Below, one piece after another: positions 34,376 to 47,624 of a stretch of 64,000 nt of DNA. Positions within the stretch are counted from its first letter, which is position 1; the number at the start of each line of letters is the position of its first letter. Location of the stretch: assembly GCF_009914755.1 (NCBI RefSeq), contig NC_060941.1; one strand, written 5' to 3'. The translations under genes were made by a program, and so were the position numbers. Under the pieces are notes generated by a model. It did not search any database and was not told the origin of the DNA. It saw nothing but the letters and a program-made list of their open reading frames with translations. The stretch is from the human T2T-CHM13v2.0 reference genome, Homo sapiens.

Positions 34376-36174
34376 TCTTTCCAACTTGGATCTTAGTATT
34401 GGTTTTCCCTTACAGACTAACTATTAATCACAAACCATAAAGTGTGACAGCTGAACAGGTCCATGGGAATCATCTCCAGGATTTAAGGTTATATTACATG
34501 GATCCCTAGGATTTCTGAGTTGTACCCCATGCCACATGAGGAATTAAGGGGGTTAACTAGGGCAGAGTTCTCTAACCTCTTCTTTGTTTAAAAGAAATGG
34601 ATGACTGTACCAACAGATCCAATATTGGCATGACAAATGCCTGCGAACCAGTGATCTATTCTCAACCCCTTATTTCATATTTGAGTAAACTTGAGCCAGT
34701 TAAGAGTAAGGACTTGCCAGAAATCATTCTGCCTGGGAAATAGGTAAAGGCACATTCAATACGTAACATAGAGTTGGGACATGTTGTTCCAATATCTACG
34801 ATGTCAGGTAAGATAAATTAGTAGAAACTCTCACAAGAGAATATCATCTCCTACTTTTTGTGTGTGTTTTCCTAAAGGCCCCTCTCCCCTCCACCCAAAA
34901 TAACCTCATAATTTTGCCCCAAACTAGCTCTGTTTACAAAGAAATTTGCATAAGAGATATATAACTATTTCTATTCTGTAAATAAATTTATAAAGGAAAG
35001 TGATTATGTGTCATGAATGATATATTAGAAAGGTGGGAATAGGCACTGGGATTTGGGATGAAGGTGGAGAGATAATAAACTAGAGAGCAAACTTCCCTAC
35101 CTATAAAATGAGATACTTGAGCAGATATTTTGGTCATCTCTTCCAGTTCTACTACTTTTTATAGTTGAAAATTTTATCAATCTTCTCCCACCTTACATTT
35201 CTCATATGCCAAAAGCAGAGAAGTTTTGTTATAGAGGATGTCTCTTGGGTTTACTCAGCCCTACACTTTTCTCAAGTCACTTCTATTCAAGTACTTGACT
35301 CTGTTGCTGGGACACTGGTTCATTAGAGGACACTGTCGTCTGTCCCTGGTCCTGTCCCATGTGGCAATGGCAGCACTGAAGTGTGTCAATCAGACAAGAA
35401 AGATATTTCACCAAATTTGCTTTGGTCTGCACTTGGTCACTGAATGTCAGCTTCATTTCTTCCTTCTGCAGCCTTAGCTTTTGTTTTGAGATCCATCAAA
35501 CTTTCTTTCCCAGGCTGAATTAAATGTTCTTATTCCTACCACCAGCCTCTGTAGCCTGCAACTCAGCAAAGCTTATTCTTGAGCACTTTGGAACATTACA
35601 AGCAAAGCAGTCCACACAAAGTCACCCATACCAGTTAGAAATGCTCAATACCATTACTGTTTCCATTATATATTTATTTGGATGATTATAAGATTAATGT
35701 TATGTTAATTTATTATCTAATGATTTTTAATTTGACATTTTGTTCAGTGCCATACACTTTAAACAATGTTTTTTGTATCTACTCTAGCTGGGATAGTGGT
35801 AAGGTAATCTGGCGTACAGTGGAGAAATAATTGCTTGGAAGAATTAGATGTTTTACACACAGGGGCAGGCTTGCATGGAATAGATACTGCTTTAGAGGCT
35901 GATAATGTATCTTAGATAATTTTTATTTACAGATGACATTTATTTTACTTCCTGTTTGTGGGAAGTGAGAAGAACATAGACAAAGGACCAACACTTTCCT
36001 GCTTTATGGATATTTAAAATTATTCATTAAAAACCTGCGAGAGATCAAATCTCATTTAAAAAATCCAGTCTAAAGATGTGGGCCACTGGATTTGCGACTT
36101 ACCATTTCCTTTAACAAAGTACGCTTTGATTCCTTTAATGAGATCTGAAAGATTCTAAATTATCTGACTCTTTC

Positions 36175-36590
36175 TTCTTTCTGCATTGTGCCTGTAGTCT
36201 CTCTCCTCTCACACAGACTGGCTTCGTCTCTTCCAAATGAAGGTTTTTGCACAGGACATTTCGTGTCCCTGGAGTGTGTCTCTTCGCTCACCTGTGATAT
36301 CTTATCTGGCCAACTTCTAACCTCAGTCTCAGCTTATGTGCTACTTTCTCAAAGAATCCTTATCCTCCCCAAATATGGGTCCACTATACCTCTTTTCCTC
36401 TCTCATATCACCATATAGCTTACCTTCATATCGCTTACCCTATAATTTTCATACAATTGTTTAAAATATATCTTACCTCTTTCAATATGATACAAACCAT
36501 GATGTCAGGGGTCATGCATATTTTATCTATATTTCCCATGCCTAGAACATAATGAACACTCAACAAATGTCATGGTATGAGTGAATGTTT
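36175..36590 (+). mobile_element. L2 3' fragment
   Basis: TGCCTAGAACA...CACTCAACAAATG end. Confidence 0.6.
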
Positions 36591-37029
36591 TTCATTCTAT
36601 TCCTTGTTTCTTCAATTCTGGACTCAGCCTGATAAAACTACTGTACATCTTTGGGCCTGGTGGGTACCAAAGTTATTATAAGAAAGGCAACAGATGAAAA
36701 TTTTAATTTTATAATAAACTGATCAAATTAATTTACATCAACATAATGCTCACTACTTACATTTCAGATGAATATTACTAATCCTCATTTAGGGATGATT
36801 TGGTAGTAAAAATAAGAAATTCACTCAATAATGCCAAATATAAACGTTATATTTTAGGAATACCGGAAAATTCCTTAGAACCAAATGCAGAATAAAGACT
36901 TTTACTTCATAGGACTGAAAAGTCCTCAGGCAATCTTACTTTCTTATTCTTTTTTGGAATTAAAAAGTATATATTTGCCCTTCCTGATCATGTCATGACT
37001 TTGTTTCATAACTGTTTCCTCAGTGAGCC

Positions 37030-37109
37030 TTTTTTTTTGAGACGGAGTCTCACTCTGTCACGCAGGCTGAAGTGCAGTGGTACCATGTCAGCTCACTGCA
37101 ACCTCCGCC
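37030..37109 (-). mobile_element. Severely 5'-truncated Alu (~80 bp)
   Basis: T9 tail plus 3' part of right arm; flanking repeat CYTCAGTGAG. Confidence 0.85.
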
Positions 37110-39738
37110 CTTCAGTGAGATTTTAATTACTTCCTCTCATAATTGTGACTTGCATAGGCAATGGCTTGTCATGAGCCTGACTCTGTCCCTAAGTCTGTGT
37201 GACCTTGCAACTCCAGGGCCTTGCATTTTTCACTCAATTGCCGTTTTCCTGGCTGACTTCAAACTCTTAAGAGGCAGATACTGCCATCGGTTGCTGTCTA
37301 TTCAGAAGTTTGGCTAATTAGAATCTAGGTAAAGAAACTCTTTGTAAAGAACTGCAATGTGCAAACAGAGTCCAGAAACAAAGATTCATGCTCCAGATAT
37401 TGCTTTGAATAAGAAAACAGCAGTAAAGAAAACAATCTAGACATAATCCTATCAAAGTATTTTATGGAATAATTTTGGTGTTGATTTTGGAATTATATGT
37501 TTATCTGGTTGTTCTTCTATGGGGAATAATTTATTACTCAATGACTATAGGGTGGTGTTGAGTCATAAGTATCATGATGATATTCTAAAACCGGGGGCAG
37601 AGGCAAGTCTCAGGTTTGACTTTGTTTCCTAAGGGCAGGGGCAGTGTCTATGAATCAATAGCTGCCATGAGTGTTTCTGTACACTCTGTAGGTGCTCAGT
37701 AAATTTTTGGGTGGCTGGCCACTCAGAGAAGTTTGGAAGCTCCTGTATTCAGTGTGGGTTGTTTGAGTGGTTCCCATAGTTCAGAATGTGGAGTGTGGGT
37801 CATGCTAATAGAAACTTAAGTATGAGGGTTTTAAAGAGTGAAGATGCTGATAAATGCTATGCTTGTTCTCTCTGAGGCCTGAATCAATTTAAATAGACAA
37901 AAGATTACCAAAGAAAAAGAAAATACTTTGGTTTTATTACTTCTTAAAGCAGAGTGGAGAACAAGATGGGCTTCCTAATACTCTCACCTCCTTCTCCTGC
38001 TCCTCCTCTGCACCTTGTTGAAGTCTAGGCCTATTGTGAAAATTGGATTAATGAAAGCACTAGCTCCAAACTGAAAACTTCAAGGAATAGGTAACTTCTA
38101 TCTTACTCAAGTAGCTCTAGAGACAAACAAAAATAATGAAAAGCTATCCGACTTATTTTACGATGGTAGTATAATCTTGATACTAAAACCAGAGGAAAAT
38201 GTGAGTAAAACAAATCTGCAATTTCATGTTCTAAAATAAATAATAATGTCTTAGTATTTAGCAAGCAGAATTTTGTTGTTCATACACCTGCAGAGGTGAA
38301 TTTACTATGAAAATGTGACATTTAAGCCTCAGCATCCTTCAGTTAGAAGGACAGAGTCTCAGCATTCCTTCTAAGTCATATTACCATATTTGGATTTGGG
38401 ATTTTTGGAATCCTTTCTTAAAGAAAGATCCCAAATTTTACCTTTCAGATTCTATAGAATGTGGTTTATCTCCTTACATTTGCATATGCACAAAAGTATA
38501 CACACAAATATAAACATACCATGACCAATTAGTATTTACACAAGGAATGCAATAATCTATTAATATAATTTGCCACAATAATAGAAAAAAGATATAGAAA
38601 TATATGATCATATTAAAAATGGAGGAAAAAACAGCTTTAGATAAATTTCATTACCCATTCTTGACAATGGAAAGAAGTTTACATAATCTGTTAAAGAGTT
38701 ACTATGAATAACCTCCACTAATCATTGTGCTTCATTATGAAATGTTAGAAGTATTGGTTTGAAAGGACAAGAAAAGGATACCCACTCTTGCAGCTCCTAT
38801 TCTGTGCAACCCTTAGGGTCATAGTCAACCCAGTAAGATAATAATAGTCAACCCAGTAAAACAATATAAACAAATAGTATAGGAGTGAAAATAAAACATA
38901 AAACAGACTTTATTTGAAGAGCTATAATTGTATATATGGAAATATTCAAAAGGATCTAATGACAAACAGAATTAATAAAAAGGATACAGCAAATTTACCT
39001 GACACAAAATTAACATGTCAAAATCAAAGATGTTCTGATGCACAAGGAAAAACCAATTAGAAAATTTAATAATAATAAAGTATTTATGAAATAAAATGTT
39101 ATAAATTAATGCATACAGTACAATTGCAATTGAAATTACATTATGGATTGTGAAACTAAAAACATTCATGTGGATGAAATGAGAAGAGCCAAAACAAGAA
39201 AAATAATGAGACAGTGGTAGTCACTCTATGAGATATTATAAAGCTCTAGTAATTAAAACCATTTGATACTTGTACAAAAATAGATGAGTAGACTAATGGG
39301 ACAGAATAGAAAGTCTAAACAGAGGACTACATAGATAGGAGATGTTGGTATATGAGACGTATAGCTGCATAAATCAATGAGAATATCAGGGACTGAGTGA
39401 TTAAAGGTGCTGGATAATTGGGTAAATATGTGGGAAAACATGTTCAATGGCTTTCTCTCATAAGACAAAGTCAATTTCAGATAGAGTAAAAACACAAATA
39501 TAAACAGCAAAACTTAAAACTTTTTGAAAAAATTATAGGAAAATTTTATTATGTCTTGAGCATGGAGAAAGATTTCATAAATCACACAAAGAATAAGACA
39601 TAAAGGAAAAGATTTAAAAATCCAACAGAATCAGAATGTAGAACTTTTATACACCAAAAGACATGAAACAGTTAAAAGATGAGTCACTGCCAATAAATAG
39701 ATATTTACATCACTTATAGGCAACACATGATTAGTGAA

Positions 39739-40284
39739 TATGATGGTTAATATTGAATGTCAGCTTGATCGAATTGAAGGATGCACAGTATTGTTCCCAG
39801 GTGTGTCTGGGAGGGTGTTGCCAAAGGAGATTAACATTTGAGTCAGTGGACTGGGAGAGGCAGACCCACACTCAATCTGAGTGGGCACCATCTAATTAGC
39901 TGCCAGTGTGGATAGGATAAAGCAGGCAGAAGTTGGAAGGAGCAGACTTGCTGAGTCTTCCAGGCTTCATCTTTCTCCTGTGCTGGATTCTTCCTGCCCT
40001 TGAACATCAGACTCCAAGTTCTTCAGCTTTTGGACTCTTAGACTTACACCAGTGGTTTGCCAGGGCCCCTGGGGCCTTCAGTCACAGACTGAAGGCTGCA
40101 CTGTTGGCTTCCCTACTTGAGGTTTTGGGACTCAGACTGGCTTCCTCCTTCCTCAGCTTGCAGATGGTCTATTGTGGGATTTCACCTTGTGATTGTGTGA
40201 GTCAATTCTCCTTAATAAACTTCCTTTTGTATATATACATATGTCCTATTAGTTCTGTCCCTCTAGAGCACCCTGACTAATACA
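39739..40284 (+). mobile_element. MLT2A1-like (HERVL) solo LTR
   Basis: TGATGGTTAATATTGAATGTC...CCCTGACTAATACA; TSD GTGAR. Confidence 0.9.
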
Positions 40285-40289
40285 GTGAG

Positions 40290-40730
40290 GTAGACATTAA
40301 CCATGCCCGTCATGTTTTGCACACTTCCTGATATTTAGGGAATTCCCCATTGTGTGATTTCTGCTTCTTCAAGGAAGAAATCAGGTAAGGCATGGGCAGG
40401 GGCCTAGGTTTCAGTGATTGATGCATGCAGAAAAGACTTTGAACAGGAATAAAGCTCTTGGTTTTAGGGGACTGCAAAAGGTGTGTCCACCTTCAGGTTC
40501 CACTTCTGTTAGTGGTACATGAAGTATTTGGGCCCAGCTGTGAAGCAGTGAGGTCTTTGTTGGGACAATCCTGCAGTGTGATTTGGGAGAACCACAGGGC
40601 CTTGAGTCTGACTCTTTACCCCTTCTGGAGATTCTATTATATTAGCTGTCCAGTATCCTTTTAACATACAACATTTCTGCTTAAACTGGCTACAGTATAT
40701 TCCTCTGCTTGCAAGAACAATGACTAATAC
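40290..40730 (+). mobile_element. Old ERVL LTR (LTR33-like)
   Basis: 3' end TTTCTGCTTAAACTGGCTACAG...GCTTGCAAG...TGACTAATACA. Confidence 0.5.
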
Positions 40731-42008
40731 AATTTTTACTCAGGCTATATAAAGAACCCTCACCAAATCAATAAGATAAAAGAACTTAAAAAATGAACAG
40801 GCAATTCAGAGGAGAAAACCTGAACTGAATTGCTAACTAGTATGTGAAAAGATGCTCAATAGCACTAGTAATCAGGAGAATGCAAATTAAACAACAATGA
40901 GGCAATGCTTCACACTCATCAGATAGGCCCACATTAAAAATATATTAAGATCAACTGAAGGGGAGGATGTGCTAAAAGATAAACTGTCGCTTACTGTTAG
41001 AGGAATGGTAAATTGGTTGCAACCATATGGGAAGATACACATTACATAAAGTGAAAGCTGTGCATACCTAGGACACAAGTATGAACTCCGGATAAATCTT
41101 TTCCCATATACTCAAGGCATGTACAAAGATGTTCACCAGAGTTTATTGTAATATGGAATATTTAACAAAACCCAGAAATTGTAATAGGAGGACATACATA
41201 AATAAATTACACTCTTCGTATTCAGTGAAATTCCATGTAAATATTAAAATGAATTGATAAAATAAACATGTACCAGGGATAAACATCAAAACAATGTTGA
41301 ATGGCCAAAAAATCATATTGAGTATTGAACAGTGTCATACCATGTTTGTATTTTTTTCAATAAAAAGTAGTTCACAAAATACAGTTTAGGGATTTATACA
41401 TATGTAGTGCAAATTTTAAAGTTATATGCATCAATAGTCTTCACCAATTTTGAGATGATGTTTAACTCTGCAGGAAAAAGGGTGGGGGTGAGATTAAAGG
41501 AGAAAGCTTCCAATTATTTCCATTGAGGGTTACTTTTAAAATATATTATTGAGGTATGTGTAATACAATGATTAAATGTTAGATTATGTGGTGAATATAT
41601 GTGTGTCTTTTACATTACTCCCATTCTTACATATATATTTGAAATATTTCCTATTTATATTTATAATTGATAACTTTATGGATATTTAAGGAAAGGAAGA
41701 CAAACAGAAGAATGAAATGGAGATGACTGATGTTCAAACAAGAACAGCAGTATGGTCCATGTCTTGGGAAGTTTTAGCCTAATACAGCATAAAAATGTGC
41801 AGCAACAATGCTTTTCAGCCTCTACTTACTAGTCTTTCCAGGGCATGGGTGTGAATCCCCCTTCTTAAACTCCAGATCAGTTACACTGACATTCAGTGTG
41901 GTATTTCACACAAGAAAAATGAGTTTTGCAAGTCTGTATTCCCCTGAACGAGCATATAGGAGATATTAATTAATGCTGGTTCACTGCTTAAATCAAGGAA
42001 TTACTATC

Positions 42009-42307
42009 AAGGCCATTATCCTTAGCAAACTAAAGCAGGAACAAAAAACCAAATACTGCATGTTCTCACTTATAAGTGGGAGCCAAATGATGAGAACACA
42101 TGGATATATATAGAGGGGAACAACACACACTGGAGCCTACCAAAAGGTGGAGGGTGGGAGGAGGGAGAATATCAGGAAAAATAACTAATGGGTACTAGGA
42201 TTAATACCTGGTTTATGAAATAATCTGTACACAACAAACCCTCATGATACAAGTTTACCTATTTAACAAACCTGCACATGTGCCCCTGAACTTAAAAGTT
42301 AAAAAAG
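42009..42307 (+). mobile_element. L1PA13-16-like 3' end
   Basis: GGCCATTATCCTTAGCAAACTAA...CCCCTGAACTTAAAAGTT. Confidence 0.88.
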
Positions 42308-43161
42308 ATAACCACAATAGTAGTAGCAAATATACTACATGGTAGGGTTGCAAACTTAAGAGTCAAAATATAAAGTGATTTTAAAGTGAAAATGAAAGGT
42401 AGCTAAAATTGCTCTTGAATATCCTGTTGCAAAACTTCAAGTTGTGGGAAGTTAGTTTCAAAGAGGTTTAATATAGCACTTCCCACCTGCCTTGGGATAA
42501 TTTTTTTCAGTTAAAAAGTAGTATAAAAGTATAAAAAATAGTTGTCTTGCATTTATGGGTGAAGTTGTGCTAAAAATATAGTATCATAAGCACACACAGG
42601 GAGAAGAGAAGGCTATGCTGTCAGAAACATAAGGAACCTGGGCTTAAGAGAATGGCTCTGCCTCTCCCATGTCAAGGTTGCTTTTGGCTGCACGCTAGTG
42701 AATGGATTATCAGGTCAGATCATGTGCTAAGTCATTGTTTATTCCTCCTTTGTTATTATAGACCAAGCTGGTGCAATTGAATTTACATAAGTTAATTGAG
42801 AATATGATGTGATTCAACCTTAAATAGAATTGTTTCATTATTACCAAAATAATAATAATCAGTTAAAGCATGCCGGAAACCTGCTGTTTTACCAATGCAA
42901 CATCATCCTAACATGCTCACATTAATGTTTTTGGCTAATTTGTTTATTTTGGATCAATTCACAAGAGGACAACTTCCAAAAGCTTCCCCACTATGCTTCA
43001 TTTCTACAAATTGCTGTACCCGTGCCTGAAAAATTCACAGTTCATCTTAATTTTCCACTACGTGTGTGCTGGCCATGTGACATATCCCAAAATGTCAACA
43101 CAGGAACAAGCATTTCTAAGACCATGATATTGGCTGTTGTCTATAGCCCTGATCTCTTCAA

Positions 43162-43387
43162 GAGTGGTTCCCAGTTGCTGGTAAATTTCCCTCAGGGAAC
43201 ATCTGGCAATATCTGAAGATATTTTTGATTGTCACAACTTGGGGATGAGACGACCACGTATCTAGTAGGTACAGGCCAAGGATGCTGCTAAACAATCTAC
43301 AATGCACAAGATAGCTCTTTGTTGTCCTAACCTGTAAAGAATTAATCTAGCTTAAAATGTCAATAGTTCAGAAGTTGAGAACCCCTG
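43162..43387 (+). mobile_element. MER20 (hAT-Charlie)
   Basis: TTTTTGATTGTCACAAC...GGCCAAGGATGCTGCTAAACA...AATGTCAATAG...GTTGAGAACCCCTG. Confidence 0.9.
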
Positions 43388-43452
43388 GCTTGAATGAGAG
43401 AATTAAAATGTGGAGATAAAAAGGTCACAAAGGACCATTGAGAAACCAGACA

Positions 43453-44770
43453 TGCACTGCCCTAGCAGAGGTTCTCCATGAGGGCTCCACCCCTGTAGCA
43501 AACTTTTGTCTGGGCATCCAGGCTTTCTTATACATCTTCTGAAATTCAGGTGGAGGTTCCCAAACCTCAATTCTTGACTTCTGTGCACCCACAGGCTCAA
43601 TGCCATGTGGAAGCTGCCAAGGCTTGGGGCTCCCACCCTCGGAAGCCACAGCCCAAGCTCTACGTTGGCCCCTTTCATCCATGGCTGGAGTGGCTGGGAC
43701 ACAGGGCAGCAAGTCCCGAGGTTGCAAACAGCACGAGGACCCTGGGCCTGGCCCACAAAACCACTTTTTCCTCCTGGGCCTCCAGACCTGTGATGGGAGG
43801 GGCTGCCATGAAGGTCTCTGACATGGTCTGGAAACACTTTCTTCATAGTCTTGGGTATTAACATTAGGCTCCTTGCTATTTATGGAAATTTCTGAAGCTG
43901 GCTTGAATTTCTTCTCAAAAAATGGGTGTTTCTTTTCTCCTGAATCGTTATGCTGCACATTTTCTGAATTTTTCTGCTCTGTTTCCCTTTTAAAATGGAA
44001 TTCCTTTAACGCTACCTAAGTCACCTTTTGAATGCTTCGCTGCTTAGAAATTTCTTCTGCTAGATACCCTACATCTTCTCTCTCAAGGTCAGAGTTCCAC
44101 AAATCTCTAGGGCAGGGCAAAATGCCACCAGTTCTTTTGCTTAAACATAACAAGAGTCACCTTTGTTCCAGTTCCCAACAAGTTCCTCACCTCCATCTGA
44201 GACCACCTCACCCCAGACCTTATTTTTCATATCACTGTCAGCATTTTTGTCAAAGCCATTCAACAAAACTCTAGGAGGTTCCAAGCTTTCCCACATTTTG
44301 CTGTCTTCTTCTGAGCCCTCCAAACTGTTCCAACCTCAGACCTGTTACCCAGTTCCAAAGTCTTTTCCACATTTTTGGGTATCTTTTCACCAATGCACCA
44401 CTCTACTGGTACCAATTTACTGTATTAGTCCATTTTCACGCTGCTGATAAAGATATACCTGAGACTGGGAAGAAAAGAAGGTTTAATTGGACTTACAGTT
44501 CACGTGGCTGAAGAGGCCTCAGAATCATGGCGAGAGGCAAAAGTCACTTCTTACATGGTGGCAGCAAAAGAAAATGAAGAAGCAACAATAGAAACCCCTG
44601 ATAAACCTATCAGATCTCATGAGACTTATTCACTATCACGAGAATAGCACAGGAAAGACCAGTCCCCGTGATTCAATTGCCTCCCCCTAGGTCCATCCCA
44701 CAAGGTGTGGGAATTCTGGGAGATACAATTCCAGTTGAGATTTGGGTGGGAACACAGCCAAAGCATATCA
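43453..44770 (-). mobile_element. Truncated THE1C provirus (partial internal region plus one LTR at 44421-44770)
   Basis: Internal sequence is homologous to 59248-60224; only one LTR present. Confidence 0.92.
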
Positions 44771-44984
44771 TGGTTTGTTTGGGACCTTATAAGAAAACAA
44801 ACATTTTGATGGGAAGAAATGAGCCCAAATCCAGGGGAGTACTATGTACTCTAATGATGCTAGTAATTTAGGCATATTAATAAGCCACAATTTGGAGATA
44901 TCATACAATTGAATTTCAATGTAAATCCTTTTTGGTGAATGAATTAGTACTTCCAAATATGGCTAAAAGTATGGTGTTTCAAGT

Positions 44985-45708
44985 ATATATTGCAGTGCAA
45001 CAAACTAGCCCCAAACCTAGTTGCTTAAATTTGTTACTTTTCACAATGTTGTAGCATAGGAATTTGGATAGGGTTCTGTTGGGTGATTTTCCTGCTCCAA
45101 GTTGTGCCAGTTGAGGTCATTCACTCATTCAGTTTCATTAAGCTGACACCTGATATAGGCCAGAAGGTCTAATAAGTCTTCAATGTACCTGTCTGGTTTC
45201 TCAATGGTCTTTTATATGACCTTTTTCTCTCCATATTTTAATTCTCTTATCATTCAGGGTTTCTCAACTTCTGAACTATTGACATTTTAGGCTAGATTAA
45301 TTCTTTACAGGATAGGACAACAGAGGGCTATCTTGTGCATTGTAGGATGTTTAGCAGCATCTTTGGCCTGTACCCACTAGATATGTGGTCGCCTCATCCC
45401 CAAGTTGTGATAATCAAAAATATCTTCAGATACTGCCAGATGTTTCCTGAGGGAAATTTACCACCAACTGGGAACCACTGGTATAACCCTAAACTTTTAA
45501 AGCATGGCACCTGGCTTTCCAGAGAGGGAAAGAGGAAGCTCCTAATCATCTCAAGACTGGGGCACAGAAATCCCAGGTTGTTACTTTTGCCACATTCTTG
45601 CAGTCAAAGCAAGTCATATGTCATCCCAGACTGAAGAGAAGGAAAAAATGACTCTACTTCCTAAGGGAGGAGAAGCAAAGAATTTGGTGCTGACCTTAAT
45701 CCATCACA
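44985..45708 (-). mobile_element. MLT1 LTR interrupted by MER20
   Basis: AACAAACTAGCCCCAAACCTAG...; GTCAAAGCAAGTCA...CCCAGA; TTAATCCATCACA end. Confidence 0.7.
45255..45480 (-). mobile_element. MER20 (inverted near-copy of 43162-43387)
   Basis: Manual reverse-complement alignment gives about 16 mismatches in ~226 bp. Confidence 0.92.
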
Positions 45709-45824
45709 TATAGCTTCTTTTTTGCTCTTATGTGAAGTCTTCTTTCCTGTTCTACAATCTCTTTTCTGTGTCCCATTCTATTTTTATGCTTTCCAAGACT
45801 GTTCTATGTAAACACAGAAAGTCC

Positions 45825-46070
45825 ATATTGGTAAAGAGTCAGTCAATGCTCTAAGTCGGGCAGACCTGGGCTGAAATCCCAGCTCTGACATGACTGGTTG
45901 TGTGACTTTTTCAAATTTTAAAACAACTATGCATCCATTTCTTCATATTTTACCTGCATCTTCAGATTACTACCCCTTAGGGCTGTTGTGACTATTAAAT
46001 GGAATAATGAATACAAAGCTCTGAACATAGTTCCTGGTGCTTAATAAATGTTCAATCAATGTTTATTATT
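45825..46070 (+). mobile_element. MIR
   Basis: CAGACCTGGGCTGAAATCCCAGCTCTG...GTGTGAC. Confidence 0.7.
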
Positions 46071-46467
46071 TTTCATAGAGTAATTGAGATTTTGTCCTCA
46101 GTTTTTACCTCTGAATTTACACAAAGTTAATTTTAAGAATGGCCCTTATGAAGTGATTTCTAAGGCACCTAATGCTACTGCCAGTTATGTGTTAATCTGG
46201 AAAGGCTTCTCTCTTTGTATGTACAATTTGCTATCTCTGTTTTCCAAATGGAATGCATATGGTGTCCCAAACTGGTGTTATTTGTACTGCTGTGGTACAG
46301 AGTAATTTTGGTAGGAAAAATTACTTTCCAGTTTGAATCTAAACTGAAATCGAACATTTTCCATTGAGTATAAGTATGATAGTCATATTATTTACCCATA
46401 ACATCAGTAAACATCTTGTTTTGACTGTAACAGTTTGAGATTTGACAATTTAACTACTTTGCTTCTA

Positions 46468-46766
<299 letters not shown>

Positions 46767-47624
46767 AAAGCATTGTATAAAAATTTTATGGGGGGGATTT
46801 ATTCTTAAATAAAATTTAAATAAAATTAACATTTAAAGATTAATATAAAAATTAAATTACCTTAAATACAGAAATACTATTATTTTAATATGTATATATA
46901 TGTATTTCTCAGTGTTTTTTCAATCATGTCAGGACTATTTAGAAATAAATGCATAGAGAAAGAATTGTATTAACTCCAAGATAAATATAATTTTATAAGG
47001 CATGAAAATTATGCAAACAAATTTAATGTCAATGATTTATAAGAGGCAGTCCTTAACACATGTGCAAGGGAGTCATTAACATTCACTTGAACTTGAACAA
47101 TAAAATTCAAGTAAAATACCAAATAAGTATCCAGGTGAAATCAGGTTTCTGTTCTGTTGGAAACTCCCACCTGCACACTAGGCTTTCAGTCTCTCCTCAG
47201 ATACGTGGAATAGGAACCTTGACTAAAACAAAGCAGAGAGAAGAGACAGAATTCAGTGTAGGGACTATGACAAGGTTGAAGAGCTGGCCAGAGGCCTGGA
47301 AATGTGATTTTCACAAGAATGATAAGAACAAAGACACGATTATAGCAAGTCCCTCAAAGACATCTTAGATGAGGCAAAATCTGGGATTAAAATGAATGGA
47401 TTTGTTTAGCTGCATCAAGCATAAGATATCTTCCCACACAGATAAAATTGGAAGATGAAAAACAAAGTTGCCAACCTGTTCCTGGATAGATGAGAGAATA
47501 TAATGACTAAAAGGCAACAAAGTCATTTTCATGTAGCGTGTGCTAAATAAATTTAACAGGAAGACAGCAGAAGTTAGAAGGTACCATGTGGGTCAATCTA
47601 AATTGGGAAGAATCAAGGTGAGTA

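Larger units (their letters stand above)
38030..41650 (+). mobile_element. Old L1ME-like ORF2 and 3' region, interrupted by LTRs
   Basis: Decayed ORF2 (GATACTAAAACCAG, ATGCAAATTAAACAACAATGAG). Confidence 0.7.

Noticed and set aside
43403-43958. 153-177-aa overlapping ORFs (similar ones at 58836-59602)
   Set aside because: THE1 internal sequence, fragmented in both copies.
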